The notes beneath the pieces were generated by a model. It made no database searches, was not told the origin of the DNA, and was given only the letters and a program-made list of their open reading frames with translations. The position numbers and the translations under genes were made by a program. A stretch of DNA of 64,000 nucleotides, taken from positions 26,462,798 to 26,526,797 of the forward strand of contig OZ316893.1 in assembly GCA_973895155.1 (NCBI GenBank), read 5' to 3'. The first letter of the stretch is position 1; each line of letters opens with the position of its first letter. This DNA is from Marsupella aquatica. Lineage: Eukaryota; Plantae; Marchantiophyta. Positions 11,737-24,933 of the stretch are shown piece after piece.

Positions 11737-14700
11737 TCAGAACTGGACGCATTTTAGGGGTTCACCGGTAACTACATCCACAGTAACGACTTCGGTCTTT
11801 TCACACTCTATTACATCCTGCCCCAGCTTAGCTCCGGTTGATTTCAACCCTTTCAAACTGGCAGCTTGGTTGAACAGGTTTACAATAGGTAGCTTAGAGG
11901 CGAGAGGCAACTTCCGCTGGGGAAGCAGTGGCACAAAATTCTGCTGCATAAGTGGAACCTCGAAGTCCACTTTCCTGTGCGCAAGTGCGTTTTCTGATGC
12001 ATTAATGTGTGCACCGGGCTCCAGATGGTTGGTAGAGAAGCTGGTTTGGTTAGGGAAATTGGGATAGAGAGTCACATACCCGCGCAGGTACATTAAATCA
12101 ATGAGAAATTTCTTCCATGAGGCTTGCCACCCATTTGTTCTGGACCGCGGAATTTGCACTGCGTTTATCTTCGCATCTGCAGTGTAGCGCATGCCCATGT
12201 ATTTATAGAACTCACGCCAACGCTCGGGGAAAAAGAGAGATCCCCAGCTGCAGGGAAGTTGGTGCAAGTATGGAGTGTTTGGGTGCAACCATTTGAAATA
12301 ATCTGTAGCATTCCAGGTGGGTCTCTCTTTCACAACCTCCACCACCCTTGGGGTGTAGAGAGCTATAGCATTCAGCTCAGGAATTGAAATTGACGGATCA
12401 TACCGGTATGCTAGAAGAGCATACTTGAGCCACATGTAATAAAATGGAGAAACTTCTATATCATCTTCAAGTAATAGTCCGTAATCATCATCTGATGCCG
12501 GGTACCAGCTCTCACTCACAGCCCGAATGAGCCCACCCTGGATAATCCTTCGTCGAACGATTTTTTGTCCATGGGGCCAGACGAAGTTACCGACCAAATT
12601 CAATGTCTGTCCATCCACTCTGCTGTCCATGTTAAAAGAAATGTCAATCGTATCACCCAGGTAGTGAGCGTTGGTGATGGAATTCAGCAACCGTAGCAAA
12701 GATCGTGGACGACTCTGGGTGATAATGTTGATGGAGATTCTCATCTTGTTCCAGTCTGCAGAGACATTACTCGCCAACACAGTCCCTTATCAGAAGTTGT
12801 TCAAAACTAAGTGAAATATTTCTGCTGTTCAACCCCTAGCAGATCTGGAGAATCAAATAGCTGTACTTTCTCAATCCGAACTTTCATTGGAAAATATCCG
12901 AGGAAATTTGATGGGGAACACTATCTCAATACAACCTAGCTATTCAATCCTTTCCACAAACATACTCCACATATTGGGACGCTTTAGATCATAGGTTTAT
13001 TTCAAGGGCATCCCCCAACGGCATTCACTCTCAAATATACAGAAGGAGAGTGGATGGCCAGGAACTAAAGAGAGAAATTCAGAATCATAAGGCAGCGGGG
13101 CAGAAGAGAGGAGTGAACAAAACAGAGTGGATAGAAGTGAGACGAGCGTTACTTCGAAGCGCCGCAGATTTAACGTCAGGCATCCACAGTGCATGCTGAA
13201 TAGAAGACCGTGGAAATCCTACGAGCGTTGTGTTACTGCGACGAACGGCTGCTTGGAGTGCATCTCGGACGGTGGGGTCAAGATCTGACACGGTGATCAA
13301 AAGTGCAGGGGAGTGAATTTTGAGCAAGCCTCTCATTGACGCAAAGATCTCCTGTATCACGGAAGAATCCGAAGCTCCTCTATGAATAGATCCCACCTCG
13401 AGGTCAAAAATCTTGAATCGCCTTTCTTTGCAATTGTGTGGGGGCCAACCCAAAACAACGGCTGCTTCTTCACAAGGGCAATTGGCACCCCCGGGTACAA
13501 CCACAAAGACCTTTTTACTCGGGGTGCTTCGGAAACGGAGAATCAGGGGAGCCAATTCTACTACTTCACTGAGAGAATGAGCGTAGAATAAAGCATCACT
13601 CTGCTGAGGGTACATGGCGGCCCACTGGGTAACATATCCACGAGAGAAAGTCCTCCACCACTGCTCATCCCGCACTTGTACAATGTCTTTGTGTATTACG
13701 GTGGTCTCTGAGACATAGGCAAGCCGGTGCTCACTGTCGCCCCATGTGTCCTTGTTCTTTGAATCGATCGGCAAGACAAATGACCCACCATCCCGATATT
13801 TCTGGAGCTGGTAACTGCACAACACTCTCCCGATCAGATCCCAATATTAAAAGGAAGGATCTAACGAAATTCGTGCCTGACTGAAGGAAGGGAACAAAAG
13901 AAATGATTTGTCAGACTGCATTGTTTTAAAGAAAGAATTCATATTATCCGTAGATTCAAAGCCCTCATTTACAGCAGAGTACTGCACGACCGCTTTACCT
14001 GAGATGCAGGTCTTCTCCAGTTTGGAATGTGAATGGAGTTTCCACGAACAAAGTTTTGACCAGTTCAGAGGCCAGGAACCACGAACTAGACAAGAAGTCG
14101 ACCTGTACCATCCGATCCACGACTATGTTGTAAGCTGGATCTGGCAAGTAGAGCCCAGCTTCTCTGGATCCGACTTTTCTGTAGCTGGGGAAGCTGAAGT
14201 CCTTCTGCCGGAAGGGAAGGATGCGGCCTATACTGCCCAACACCGCATTGCGGTACTTGGCTGTTCCAGCGACGTGCGCAAGAATCTCCAACATTTTCCT
14301 GCCGGGAATCATATCATCATCAAGCATATATACAAAATCCGAGTCCTGTACTTGTAAAGCCAACTGAAATCTCCCATAGTACTTGAAATCGTAGGTGGAG
14401 CCCACAAATGTGATCCGCGAGTCATTGTAAGCTTCCACAATCCTTCGCAGCGAGAGCTCGTTGGGACTCCCCAATGCAACCACCCAGACGTTGTGGAAGG
14501 GGAGGGTTTGTTGCAACAAGGCATCCAGCTGGGCGCAGAGGGTCCGCCTCTTGAAATGGTTGAGAACGACAGTGACCTTAGGTTTGAGCCGACCTGAGCT
14601 ACTCGAGGGCATCATCATCAATTCATCCAGAGTCTCACATCCTCTCGTCCTCTGCTGGTGTTCAAGAATTTCGGTGTAGAGTCCGGCCTTAAGCCCTATA

Positions 14701-15089
14701 GACCTCGAGTCATTGGATATTTTCTGCTCGAATTCAATGGGTTCGACCTCGCAGACTGCATCTGTGCTGAAATACTGCTCCAACCCTGGGTGGCTGAGCT
14801 CTTGAACAACTCTACTCCCAGGGTGAAGCGGAGGCATTTTCAGGAACCCCCGCCACTGCAGTGCGATCTGGGAGGCCCACGAAGCGTCCGGCCTGGTTAT
14901 GAGATCAACGCTGGGGCTCATGAAGTAGAGGAGAAACGTAGCATAGACAGCAAAGGTGAACTGGAGGCACGTGAGCCCCGCCGCGACTTGCATACTTTTG
15001 CCAGCCCATTTCCGACCTTTTCCTCCAAAATAGTCTCTAAAAATGGTGTCTGTTGCATGATCGCCATTCCGCATTGCACCTGCTGCCAT
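11737..15089 (-). CDS. Glycosyltransferase family 2 protein (At5g60700-like), 3 coding exons
   Basis: Exons 15089-13999, 13814-13153 and 12755-11737 joined by GT-AG introns (GEDLHLS|YQLQKY; ALRN|WNKMRIS). N-terminal TM segment, PKVTVVLNHFKRRTLCAQLD, DDD and LLEDD DxD-type motifs. The start codon is the least certain part. Confidence 0.9.
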
Positions 15090-15872
15090 CTGCTTCCAAT
15101 TTCCTCTCTTGCTCGCCTGCAATTCCAGCCCCCACGTTCAAAATAATCTCCAATCTTTGGATGCACCCGCGTCAGGATGTTCGCACTCCAAAACCTAACC
15201 TCCCTGCACATCCCATAGGTCTCACACTCCCACACCTCTCACCTCAACTCACTCCCCTGAAAGAAACCCTCGATCCTCTCTGTTTTCGATTGCTTTTGCT
15301 CCTGTCCACATCAAAATTTTAATGGTACAGTCTGTGTGTGTGGTGTCAGTTCTCCACATGCTCGGTTGGGAACATCAAACAGAGCGACTCCACACGACCG
15401 ACGAGCAAGTAGCAACTTCATCAGCTTCGCATATCAAGTACAGGTGTGGAAAGGAGCGCACGAATTGTGGTCTGTGGTGGCTGCCATTACTGGAGATTGT
15501 CCAATTGTCCTGATCATCGCAGACATCCAACATTGCAGTCAAGAAGGAGTCTGCAAATGCTACTGCTCCTCCCGTTCATCATCCTCCTCGTACCGTCACC
15601 ATACTCACCACAATTGCGTCCTCCTCCTCCCGCTGCTCCTCCTCTCACTCCTCTCCTTTCCTCCGACCATGCGAGCATTCCTCGCCCTCCTCTCCTCTCC
15701 TCTCCTCTCCTCTCCTCACCAGCGCAACAAGCCAGTGACCAGGAAAGCGATTAACATCTTGCTGCGCAGCGAGTCAGTGTCCTCTACACATTGCTCTGAA
15801 CCCAATTTTTCCGCTCTCATTCAGCAGCAACAGAGCTGTTTCCTTCGTCCTTCTCTCGCTTCGCACGATTTT

Positions 15873-15900
15873 CCTCTCCTCTCCTCTCCTCTCCTCTCCT
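15873..15900. repeat. (CCTCT)n microsatellite in the probable 5' UTR of the GT2 gene; a second tract lies near 15687-15716
   Basis: Read directly. Confidence 0.8.
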
Positions 15901-16218
15901 CGGACTGTCTTCAAGCAGCAGCACTGTAGCAGCAGCTACTGATGACAAACAACAGCAGTCAGTTGGTTCATTTGCGGTGGGTGCCCTGCTTCCGTTGCAC
16001 AAACACCGAAAAAGCCTACGCCTTTCCCTGCGTGACTACATTCCGCAATGTAGTGGTCGGATTGGATAGCTGTCGGCATCCGCTGATGCAATGTTTCCTG
16101 GTACGAGTAAATGCGAAGGGCTGAAAAAATAAATGAATCGACGAATGACAGACTGCGAAACTCTGCGCAACACTGCGAATGCGAGAGATGCTCTTGCTTT
16201 CGTCCTCCTCCTCCGCTG

Positions 16219-16226
16219 TATATATT
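16219..16226 (-). promoter_or_regulatory. Candidate TATA box of the GT2 gene
   Basis: AATATATA in a GC-rich context upstream of the SSR-rich UTR-like region. Position only, no transcript evidence. Confidence 0.3.
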
Positions 16227-16390
16227 TCGGTCGCTGCCCCCGCACTGCCCACAAAACTCCGAGCCTTCCCGTTCGCTTTTCCGTCCGCCGCGGACGGTAG
16301 TTCGACGGTTGATCCAATTGCCGTGGCTCGGTTCTCCCGTCCGTTCTTGCCTCGGTATCGGAGCGATCTCACTCTTTCAGGTTCGAGTGC

Positions 16391-16670
16391 GCCGGTTCAT
16401 TCGGGACCGAAGCTAGCTCTATGGGCCCGGGGGGTGGCTCGGGTCGAGAGTTGCTCCCGTTCTTGCCTCGGTGTGGGAGGTATGGCCCACGGGACATTGC
16501 GCGGGACGATGGAACTGCTGTACAGTACCCGTCCGCCGGTTCATTCGGGACCGAAGCTAGCTTTTTGGGCCCGCCCGGTGGCTAGGGTCGAGAGTGCTCC
16601 CGTTCTTGCCTCGGTGCGGGAGGTATGGCCCACGGGACATTACGCAGGACGATGGAACTGCTGTACAGTA
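16391..16670. repeat. Tandem duplication, about 144 bp x2, GC-rich
   Basis: GCCGGTTCATTCGGGACCGAAGCTAGCT...GGAACTGCTGTACAGTAC starting at 16391 and 16535. Confidence 0.92.
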
Positions 16671-16904
16671 CAGTGTAACAAAGTTTTCGACGTACGTGTG
16701 TACGTGTGGGCTCCAAAAGTAGCAACTGAACTACAGTGGTATATCTGTATGTATATGAGCATTGATCCGTGTCCCAAGAATGGGGAACACTATTTGTTGA
16801 CTATGTGAGTTGCTGTTTATCTACCACTGTTCAATTAGTTATTTGCATTGCAAATGTGCACCATGGGTGCAGGTATTTTAATTGCTTGCCAGCAAACAAT
16901 TCTG

Positions 16905-17095
16905 CTGGATACTAGAGTAAGTAGTTTGTGGATCCTTTATTTATGTACCCTTCAATGCTGGTAAGGTCTCCTGGATACTAAAGTGACTTTAGTAAGTGGA
17001 TCCTATACTTATGTAGACTTTAATGCTCGAAAGACATGATGGATACTAAAGTAATTAGTTAGTGGATCCTTGACTTATGCTTGTTTTAATGCTTG
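16905..17095. repeat. Degenerate tandem repeat, 66-68 bp x3
   Basis: Conserved blocks TGGATACTA, GTGGATCCT, TTATG and AATGCT in each unit. Confidence 0.8.
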
Positions 17096-18227
17096 TTGGA
17101 AGTGGGTACATGCCGTGCATAGTCAATGTTTCCCTCGTCTGAGAACATTCTAAAATTAGTATAACGAAAAGCATTCCACAAGCACTTTATAACATTGTGT
17201 AAGTACAAAATTATAAAACTATTTAATATTTATGTTTTAAATATCCTAGGATGGCACGATAGTAATAATTGTTATTGTTGGCAGTTGTTCTAAGAACTAA
17301 GGGTGGCTTTACAAGAACTTGGGGAGAACAATTCCTTCTTTTTTCTAAGTGAGAGATGCAATCCTAGCCATTCATATGTGTGAACTAGCCACAATTCACT
17401 TTACATGAATTAGGGGGCAAAATGAACCAAAAGCATTACCAAACCTAATCATTTATCAGTGGGCCCCTTGTGGGTCCCATTTTTTGCTGATGTGTGCAAG
17501 CTTTTTGGTCAAAAACATAGACCTTCTCTTGTGGTGGTCTAAAAACCTGGAGCAAATGGCCGTTTATTTTCAGGGAATTGCATTAATTACTTCCAAACCT
17601 GACACATTTTGGCTCAGGCACTTTAACTTTTGTGGAAGGACATGGCCATCAAGTTTGCTCGGGATGGAGAGAAACTGAATGGCCCCCACCGTCTTGTAAA
17701 GCCCCTCTAAATAGGAATCAGATGAATATGAAGCAAAAGCTGCCTCAGTAGGTATAATGGATTTTCCTAATCTGATGGTAATCCTTATCCTTAAGATAAG
17801 TTTTTTAATTTTTATATGTATTGTAGATTTTGGGTGAGTTTCACCTATATGCCAATTCAACTCTCTCAAACATGAGATATGTATTGAAGGACCCCCCAAA
17901 ATGCAAAGTGTTCCTTGATATACCTTAAATCAATGACCCAAAACCTCAAGGGGTCCATCAACTACTACTTTTCAACTTAGGAGTTCACCTATCTCTCCAT
18001 CAAATATAGAAATGAAAAACTCTTGGGATTTGGAGGAGGCCTAATCATTTCATTATAAGTTAGGAGAATGGGTGATGTTTTGACAATACAAACATGTTAT
18101 CCAAAGCAGTAGAACTAATATCCTTACCAAAACCTCATGATACCGGGACACATGAACCCACACATGCTCGGGGGCACCATTCCAAGGGAGGTCCCATATC
18201 ACGCACAAATGTGTGAAATAATGAACA

Positions 18228-18500
18228 CCCTAAAATTTAAGAAAATAAAGTAAATTTCTACTATTTTAACCCATAACTTTATGGAATATTCTAGAAATAT
18301 TCTCATATTTGGTATACAAATGATATAACTCTTATAATTCTCAAAATTGGATTATAATACCCCTATATTATTCAACAAAAAATTTAAAGTCTTTTGTGCA
18401 ATTGAAGTAAAAAAAACCCTAACTTCTTCTTGTACAATGGTTCGGAAGAAAAGAAGTGAGGACCCCAGACGCACATGAAGACTGAACCAATAGTTTTGGT
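18228..18500. repeat. Dispersed AT-rich repeat; related copy at about 22401-22675 (non-autonomous TE-like)
   Basis: Shared CCCTAAAAT..., GGAATATTCT.GAATATTC and CTTATAA.TCTCAAAATTGGATT blocks in the same order. Confidence 0.65.
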
Positions 18501-19035
18501 CAGTGTATCTTATATTGCTTGTCCCCTCCCCTGGAGTTGCTATGCTATTCAGGCAAGGACAAACCTACCACGCTGTCCCAATGCTATAGTAGACATCAAT
18601 TGATTTAATTTGTGGGTAACCCTAAACTAAGTTTCAACAAAACCTCAATAAAAGAGGAAACTAACTAGTGGCCAAAGTATAACTAAACTTAAACTTGCGA
18701 TATCAAATTCTTTCCCCTCCTTGACCACCCCAATCTCCTACCCACATATTTATTTTTTGTCTCCCAATCTCAACTCACTTTTTTATTTTCTTAGTCTCTT
18801 CAGTGCCTTTCATCTTATTAGTTTGATGAGGGTCACCAGAATGTTTTGGGAAATCTATTTTTTTCATATTTTTATAGTATGTAGCAACATAAAAAACTCA
18901 GTCAGACAGACCTGAGATGACAAAATTGTAGTTCAAAAATTCTTGGATGCATCTTTGGATGCTTAGAGCACAATAGCAGAGAAGAAACATCATGAAAACT
19001 CAAAAAAAAAAATTTACTACCTTAAAGTACCACTT

Positions 19036-19303
19036 TTTGCCTTGAGGACCCATCCAACAGAGGATAGACAATCAACTCCGGAGCATGCACCTCTCTAGGG
19101 TAGCCCACAAGGGGAGGGGGGCATACCCAGGACTAGGAGTGAGAGAGAGTTGGACCATAGCCCAAAGCAGACCAGCCAGGGCTGAGGAGAAACCAGTACT
19201 CCCACCACTACACCCCACCCACACACACTCTCACCCTCCATAACCCTTGCATGTGGAGGGGGAATGAACCTGGGACTTCTCACTTCCAAGCTCATCCCCT
19301 AGC
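19036..19303 (-). mobile_element. tRNA-derived SINE-like insertion
   Basis: 17-bp TSD ACCTTAAAGTACCACTT (19019-19035 and 19304-19320). B-box-like CCAGGTTCATTCC near the 5' end on the minus strand; short A tail. Confidence 0.75.
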
Positions 19304-22249
19304 ACCTTAAAGTACCACTTGTTTGAAGTACACACCATCATCGTCAATTATCAACATATTATATTATATCACTTGTTAATCTAAGAAATCTGACCGTGAC
19401 ATTAGTTTTCTTTGTAACCAATGATTAATCAAATATATGTCAATCAATTACATCTATGGTTGGGGTTGCTTGCTGTTATTTTTTGAAGTAAATGAATTAC
19501 ATATAATGATTTAGTATAATTCCAAAATATATAAAATAAACTGGTGGTACAGTAGGTTACTTTATTGCTCCCACTCTGCCATTTTGTATGTTAACTTTAT
19601 TCTCTCAAGTTTTGACCATCCCTAGGTCTAACCATTTTTTGGTGTTGCAATGAATATAAATGGGCATGTTTATTTATCATTTCAAACTTCATCATCTGTG
19701 TTTGAGGTGGTGCTCGACTTGCCAGGAATTTTGCAAAGAACTTGTCATGGGGGTCTGTCATAAGGATTTGGCTTAATTGATCATGACTCATTGTATTACT
19801 AGCCAGACTCTTTAGATGTTGAGAAATCTGACACTTCAAACATGTACATTAGGACAGAAGGCACTTCCAAAGCCCTGGAGTAGTTACCACCACCATATCT
19901 GGATTGTGGTCACTGTACATCAAAAAGCAGCAGCCAGATGTGTAGAAAGAACAACTCTCCTAAAATAAAGAACAATCAATTTATATGGTATGGAAAATCC
20001 ATTCAATTTGTAAGCACTCTCCCGGTAGCACAATACACCATATTCTGTTGTTTTTTCATATGCAATTATTGCCAGGTCCATATATCCTTCACAATTCCAT
20101 AAAATCCAAAACTATACATTTATCTTCCGTTGAAAACAAAGCCTATGAAAAATGGTTTTCTCTAGTTAGGAAGCCCTATTTGCCTCTTGAAAAACTACAC
20201 TCTTTCACTGTAATTGGTCTTATATGCAAAGTAGCATTTGTCTGTAATTAACATTTGTAATTGTAATTTGATAGGGGGCCAGAAAAAAACACTAGTTACA
20301 GTGGGATTTGCTTACTAGCCATATTTTGGGTTTCAATACCAAGATGGAGAGTACTTCCCATTTGTCAAGTCCTATATTGTTGTGCTATCTCAATTAATAC
20401 TCCTTGTATTCACTCTTGCTCAAGATCTTGCTCATTATGCAAATGCGCAACATGTGTCTCCTGTGAATTTTTCTATTGATTTTGCATTGGGGTAAGTTAC
20501 ACTCCAATTAGTGTTATGCACAAACAAAATTAGTATTACCCTAATGCTACTTGATGCATGCACTATCAGTGTTAGTCCATGATTAACATGGGTAAATTCT
20601 AATTGAAGCGCAACAGCCAAAATATTGGACTACATAAATAGTTTTACCAAGACCAATTCAAGTAAAGAGTGTATGGCTGAAACTCAAATCTAAGGCCTAG
20701 GTCACACCACTTGAAAAGAAACCCCGGGGCTTGTATTTGCTGGAGGAGGGTAGTGTGGCTCCACAATTTACACTTTTGTAAATTATTATTCATGTTCACT
20801 GTTTTTGTTACAGGCCTTAACTAATCAGAAGGTGCCTCACCCGGTGCCTCATACATAGTTTAATTTAATAATTTATTTTGGCCTTGACAGCCATGCCTGG
20901 ATCCCTGTGAGATGAACATCACTTGTAGGAGCATTCAATCATTATCAATGAGAACCACAATCAAGGGAAAGTAGAGGCTTGATTAAGGGTTTTTAGATCT
21001 TGTTGGCTTTTGGACCAGTTAGAGCCATAATTTACCCTAACTTGGAGGGTTTGTGAGTCTACAAGGGTTGCACACATTACATCCAATGCAATGAGCAACC
21101 AAAACTTGATTGCAGTGAGAACACTATGGCTCACCCTTGACAAAGGTGAACAACGTATCCCTTGTGTTGATGTGTGCCCCTTGCTGGTTTCTCTTGTGCC
21201 CGCTCTTTTGTGTGTGTAACAAGTTTTCTCTACATATTTTATGGAATAATGGTCAACATTTCCACAGGTCACAACGGTGATGTTGAGGCAGCCATGTCCT
21301 TCCTTGGCGTAGACTGATCGTCTTTGGATGCACAAGTGGAATGTCCTTTGCTAGAAGTAAGCAAATGAGGGGAGATAGAAGCAGGTCTGGCGCACAGATG
21401 GAGTTGTGAAGGCTGGAATCTTCGTGTGGTAGGCATGTCATGATAGGAACCCATTTGTTAAGGACACATTAGCTTCAGTCATTGTTTAGGTTCACTTCAA
21501 CTCATTCTTTAGCTAGTTTTTCTTGAGTCATTGTTAAAGCATAGGACTTCACCCATAGCTAGCTTGTCATTCCATACTTAGAAAGTGATTTATTAGATTT
21601 TCCATCTGGAACTTGGCATGCTGTTAGTTTACACTTTATTTTCAATAAACACATTTCTATTCCATCTTTTAAATACAGGGGCTTACACCTCCATTACATG
21701 CACACCATGTCATTGGGTACATTTCTACCATTTTCATATTGTTTTGTATTGTATGGACTTGATGGTTTGGCCCCATGTTTATGCCACTATGACAGACTTC
21801 ACAACAATGTTGAGCTGGCTTTTTCAGTGGGGCCACACCCAGGGCCACATTTGTCTTCTATCCATGCTTTCTGAGATTAGAGTTGGACCGGACAATGAGT
21901 GGAATGTGCTGTAGTTGCTTTACAGGAACTCAGGAGCCCATTCAAATATGGTCTATACCTATCCTCCATGGCAAGCAGTGTGCCCAAGAAATGTTGATGT
22001 GAAGTGCTTATTTTGTCCAAATCTTTCCACCTCAAGCATTCCCAAACTTTGGATACTTCATTCCAGGGATTTGTAGTTTTACTCTCGCCTGGTTTTGCAG
22101 GTTGACGCTACTGATGGGGAATTGTTTTCAGTGCACAGGATGAAAGTGGAACTAAGGTGGCAAGAACCGTGGCTAGGAGTTTCCCAATAAAGTTTGGGTG
22201 ATCTGTTCTATGTACCCCTGTGCTTGTGGATTACACCAAGTTGAACCGT

Positions 22250-23050
22250 TGGTGGGGCCAAATCTGTACCATGTAGACTTGGAGACAACATTGGAAGAAG
22301 TTGTGGGGTAGGTGGACTTTGCCAAAAGTCAGGTTTGCACTCGGGGGTCTCACTATACGGATGCCTCCCCATCACCTGCGACGTTTTTAGGCCTTGGACC
22401 CCCTAAAATGTAAGGAAACAAATTATTTTTTCAACCCCTATAAAGTTGGAATATTCTTGGAATATTCCAAAATTTTGGTTATAAGGACCCTAATGTTCTT
22501 ATAAGTCTCAAAATTGGATTTAAAAGACCCTATTGTTCTTCTCAGAAAATTCTTAAGTCTTCCCTTTGAACCAATAAAATGACCCTATACTTCGTTGCAC
22601 GTGATATGCCATTTTTGTGGAAGTGAAACCCCCGAGGTTTTGCATATAAATACTTCTGAACCACTAATTCTTCACCAGTGGGAGAGCTAACCATTGGTAG
22701 GTTAGTGACTGCATTTGCCCAAGGTGCAAACTCCAGTTTGAACAGACTGAAAATCAGATTTTTAGTTGTAGGAGAGTCCAGGCTTTATGGTAGGAGTTGG
22801 GCCTGAACAGACTGAAAATCAGCTTTCTAGTTGTAGGAGAGTCCAGGCTCTATGGCAGGAGTTGGGCCTGCTCTTGAGACATACACAGTTTTTGAGCTCT
22901 GTCCAGGGCTCCTTGTTTGATTTGATGAAGGGAGCCATCTTGCTGCAGAAAAGAAAGCCTACACCTTTGGTTCTCATCTCCGAACTGTGTAGGACTGTTT
23001 GGAATGAATGAAATTATGAAATGCAGCTACTTACTCTCAGTTCCTCGGGT
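22250..23050 (+). mobile_element. Highly decayed L1 ORF2 C-terminal remnant, interrupted by the dispersed repeat
   Basis: WRQHWKKLWGRWTLPKVR (zf-RVT-like) near 22280 and ELCRTVWNE* (W.ERN-like) near 23000. Confidence 0.5.
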
Positions 23051-24620
23051 TGTGCCAAGCTGGGTAATTCTGAGACAGACCAAACTCACCTTAAATTTAT
23101 GGTGGACTTGTGAAAATCCGCTAAGAAGACAAGACAACTACACATGGCCCTTAATTAGTGAACTTCATGAGGTGCTCAAGCTCTGGGCGGCCAGCGAGAT
23201 CTCCAAGGCACTTATTCTTGACACACTTGATGATAGTTTAGGGGAGGTCTAGTCTTCCCTTGTTGGTGTACCTTCATCACATTGGTTACACTTTGGAGCG
23301 GGCTTTGGAGTCATTTAGACAGCAAGGCAATCACCCTGGTGACTTAGATAAGAGCCAAGCCATAGTGAAATGTAGTGGTACGATTTGCCCACCTTTGGGG
23401 CTTTGGTGCAGCAGTGGCCAGTGCACACGTGCCCTTAGGAGGAGCCACTGTTCCTGTTGGAGTGCCCAAGCCGCGTGCCCAAGTGGGCAGTGACACTAGT
23501 TCCACCACTTTTTATTTACCACTTTGTATCATTATCATTTTGATACACAGTTCTTTTAGTCTTGTTATGAGGTTGCCTAGGGATAGATTTGTGTGGGTCT
23601 AGCTGGTGCCATTTTTTGGTGGCTCTTCAGGCTCTCATGGCCTGATTAGGGTTTGGGTTGGCTTTGTTTCTCTGTGTTGTGGGATGCAGCCGTGCCCTCA
23701 CACTTTGGCGTTGTGTTTGTCTTTGGCTTGGGCAGCACCCCCCCCCACCCTTGCATTGTATTCACGGGGCTGGCCCCGTCCCCTTTTCCAAAAGAAATGA
23801 AAAAATTTGAAAAAATTAGTGAACTTCATTTAAAATGGATTGTGACCTGGAATCTATGTTTACAACAAGAAGTGGTGAAAAACATCAAGCCATCCTTAAG
23901 AGGTTTATTGTCAAGTAGGGTCCTCCCACTATAGGTCCGTGGATTTGGCTGGACAATTTTGTTATCTGAGGCCAAACCATTAGCTTGTTAGTTGTCTAGG
24001 CTCTCTGGTTTCCCTAGTTTGTGCAACATGTCCTCTAGAGTAGGTGTCTTGTGGAGCCCTCTCAGTGGATGAGGGCCTTTAATTGCTTGTGGCTGCTTGT
24101 CTTGTTTGTAATTCTCCAGTTGTTAGTAAAGGTTCAGCCATCCAAAATATATATAATTAGGCAAATGACCATTATAGTAATGCAAATGCAGCCCATATAT
24201 ATATAAGGCTCACAATGAAGAATATTAAAAAATTAGAGTATATTCTGCTGTGGTGGGGATATTTTAATTCCGTGAGTATCACACGTGTTATCAAAAAACC
24301 ACATAAAGTTTACCCCCAAGGTATACTTATACAAAACATCTAACACTATAATAGGCAATCCCGCCCATTTGGTCAATTTTCGTCCGTCGTCCCGTTACAA
24401 ATTCAAATTCCAGCGGGAATCAAAATTGACCGTCAAATAAAAATATATTATTTTTCATGACCGTCCAATCTTCTAATACCCTCTTACAATGAGGCACGCA
24501 TGCTAGGAACGAGGCACGCAGGCAGGCGCAGGACCGCGCAATTGCTCCCTTCCGTGCACTCATAATGACAGAAGCAGGCAGGCCTTCCGCGTGGCAAAAG
24601 GCATTCAATTTTGGAGCAAA

Positions 24621-24933
24621 CGCATAGGGCTTCGGGCCCGCCCCTGCCTCACCACTCGTGCGGTCGCGCCTCCTTGCCTTCGCATAGGGCTTCGTGCCCT
24701 CCAGGCCCCGACACCCCTCCTGGCCCCGACACCCCTCCTGGCCCCGACACCCCTGCGAGGCTGCTGCCTTGCTTGCCCCCCTCCTTACACCCTCCTCGCT
24801 CCGCATAGGGCTTCACGCCCTCCTGGCCCCTACACCCCTGCGAGGCTGCTGCCTTGCTCGCCCCCCTCCTTACACCCTCCTCGCTCTGCATAGGGCTTCG
24901 CGCCCTCCTGGCCCCGACACCCCTGCGAGGCTG
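24621..24933. repeat. GC-rich compound minisatellite
   Basis: GGCCCCGACACCCCTCCT 18-mers nested in longer units beginning GCATAGGGCTTC. Confidence 0.85.

Noticed and set aside
15068-15088. miR530/miR1030 target site at the start of the GT2 CDS
   Set aside because: Needs two indels in 21 nt, too weak.
18200-18212. U6 snRNA fragment (CACGCACAAAT)
   Set aside because: 11-nt match only, with no ACAGAGA box.
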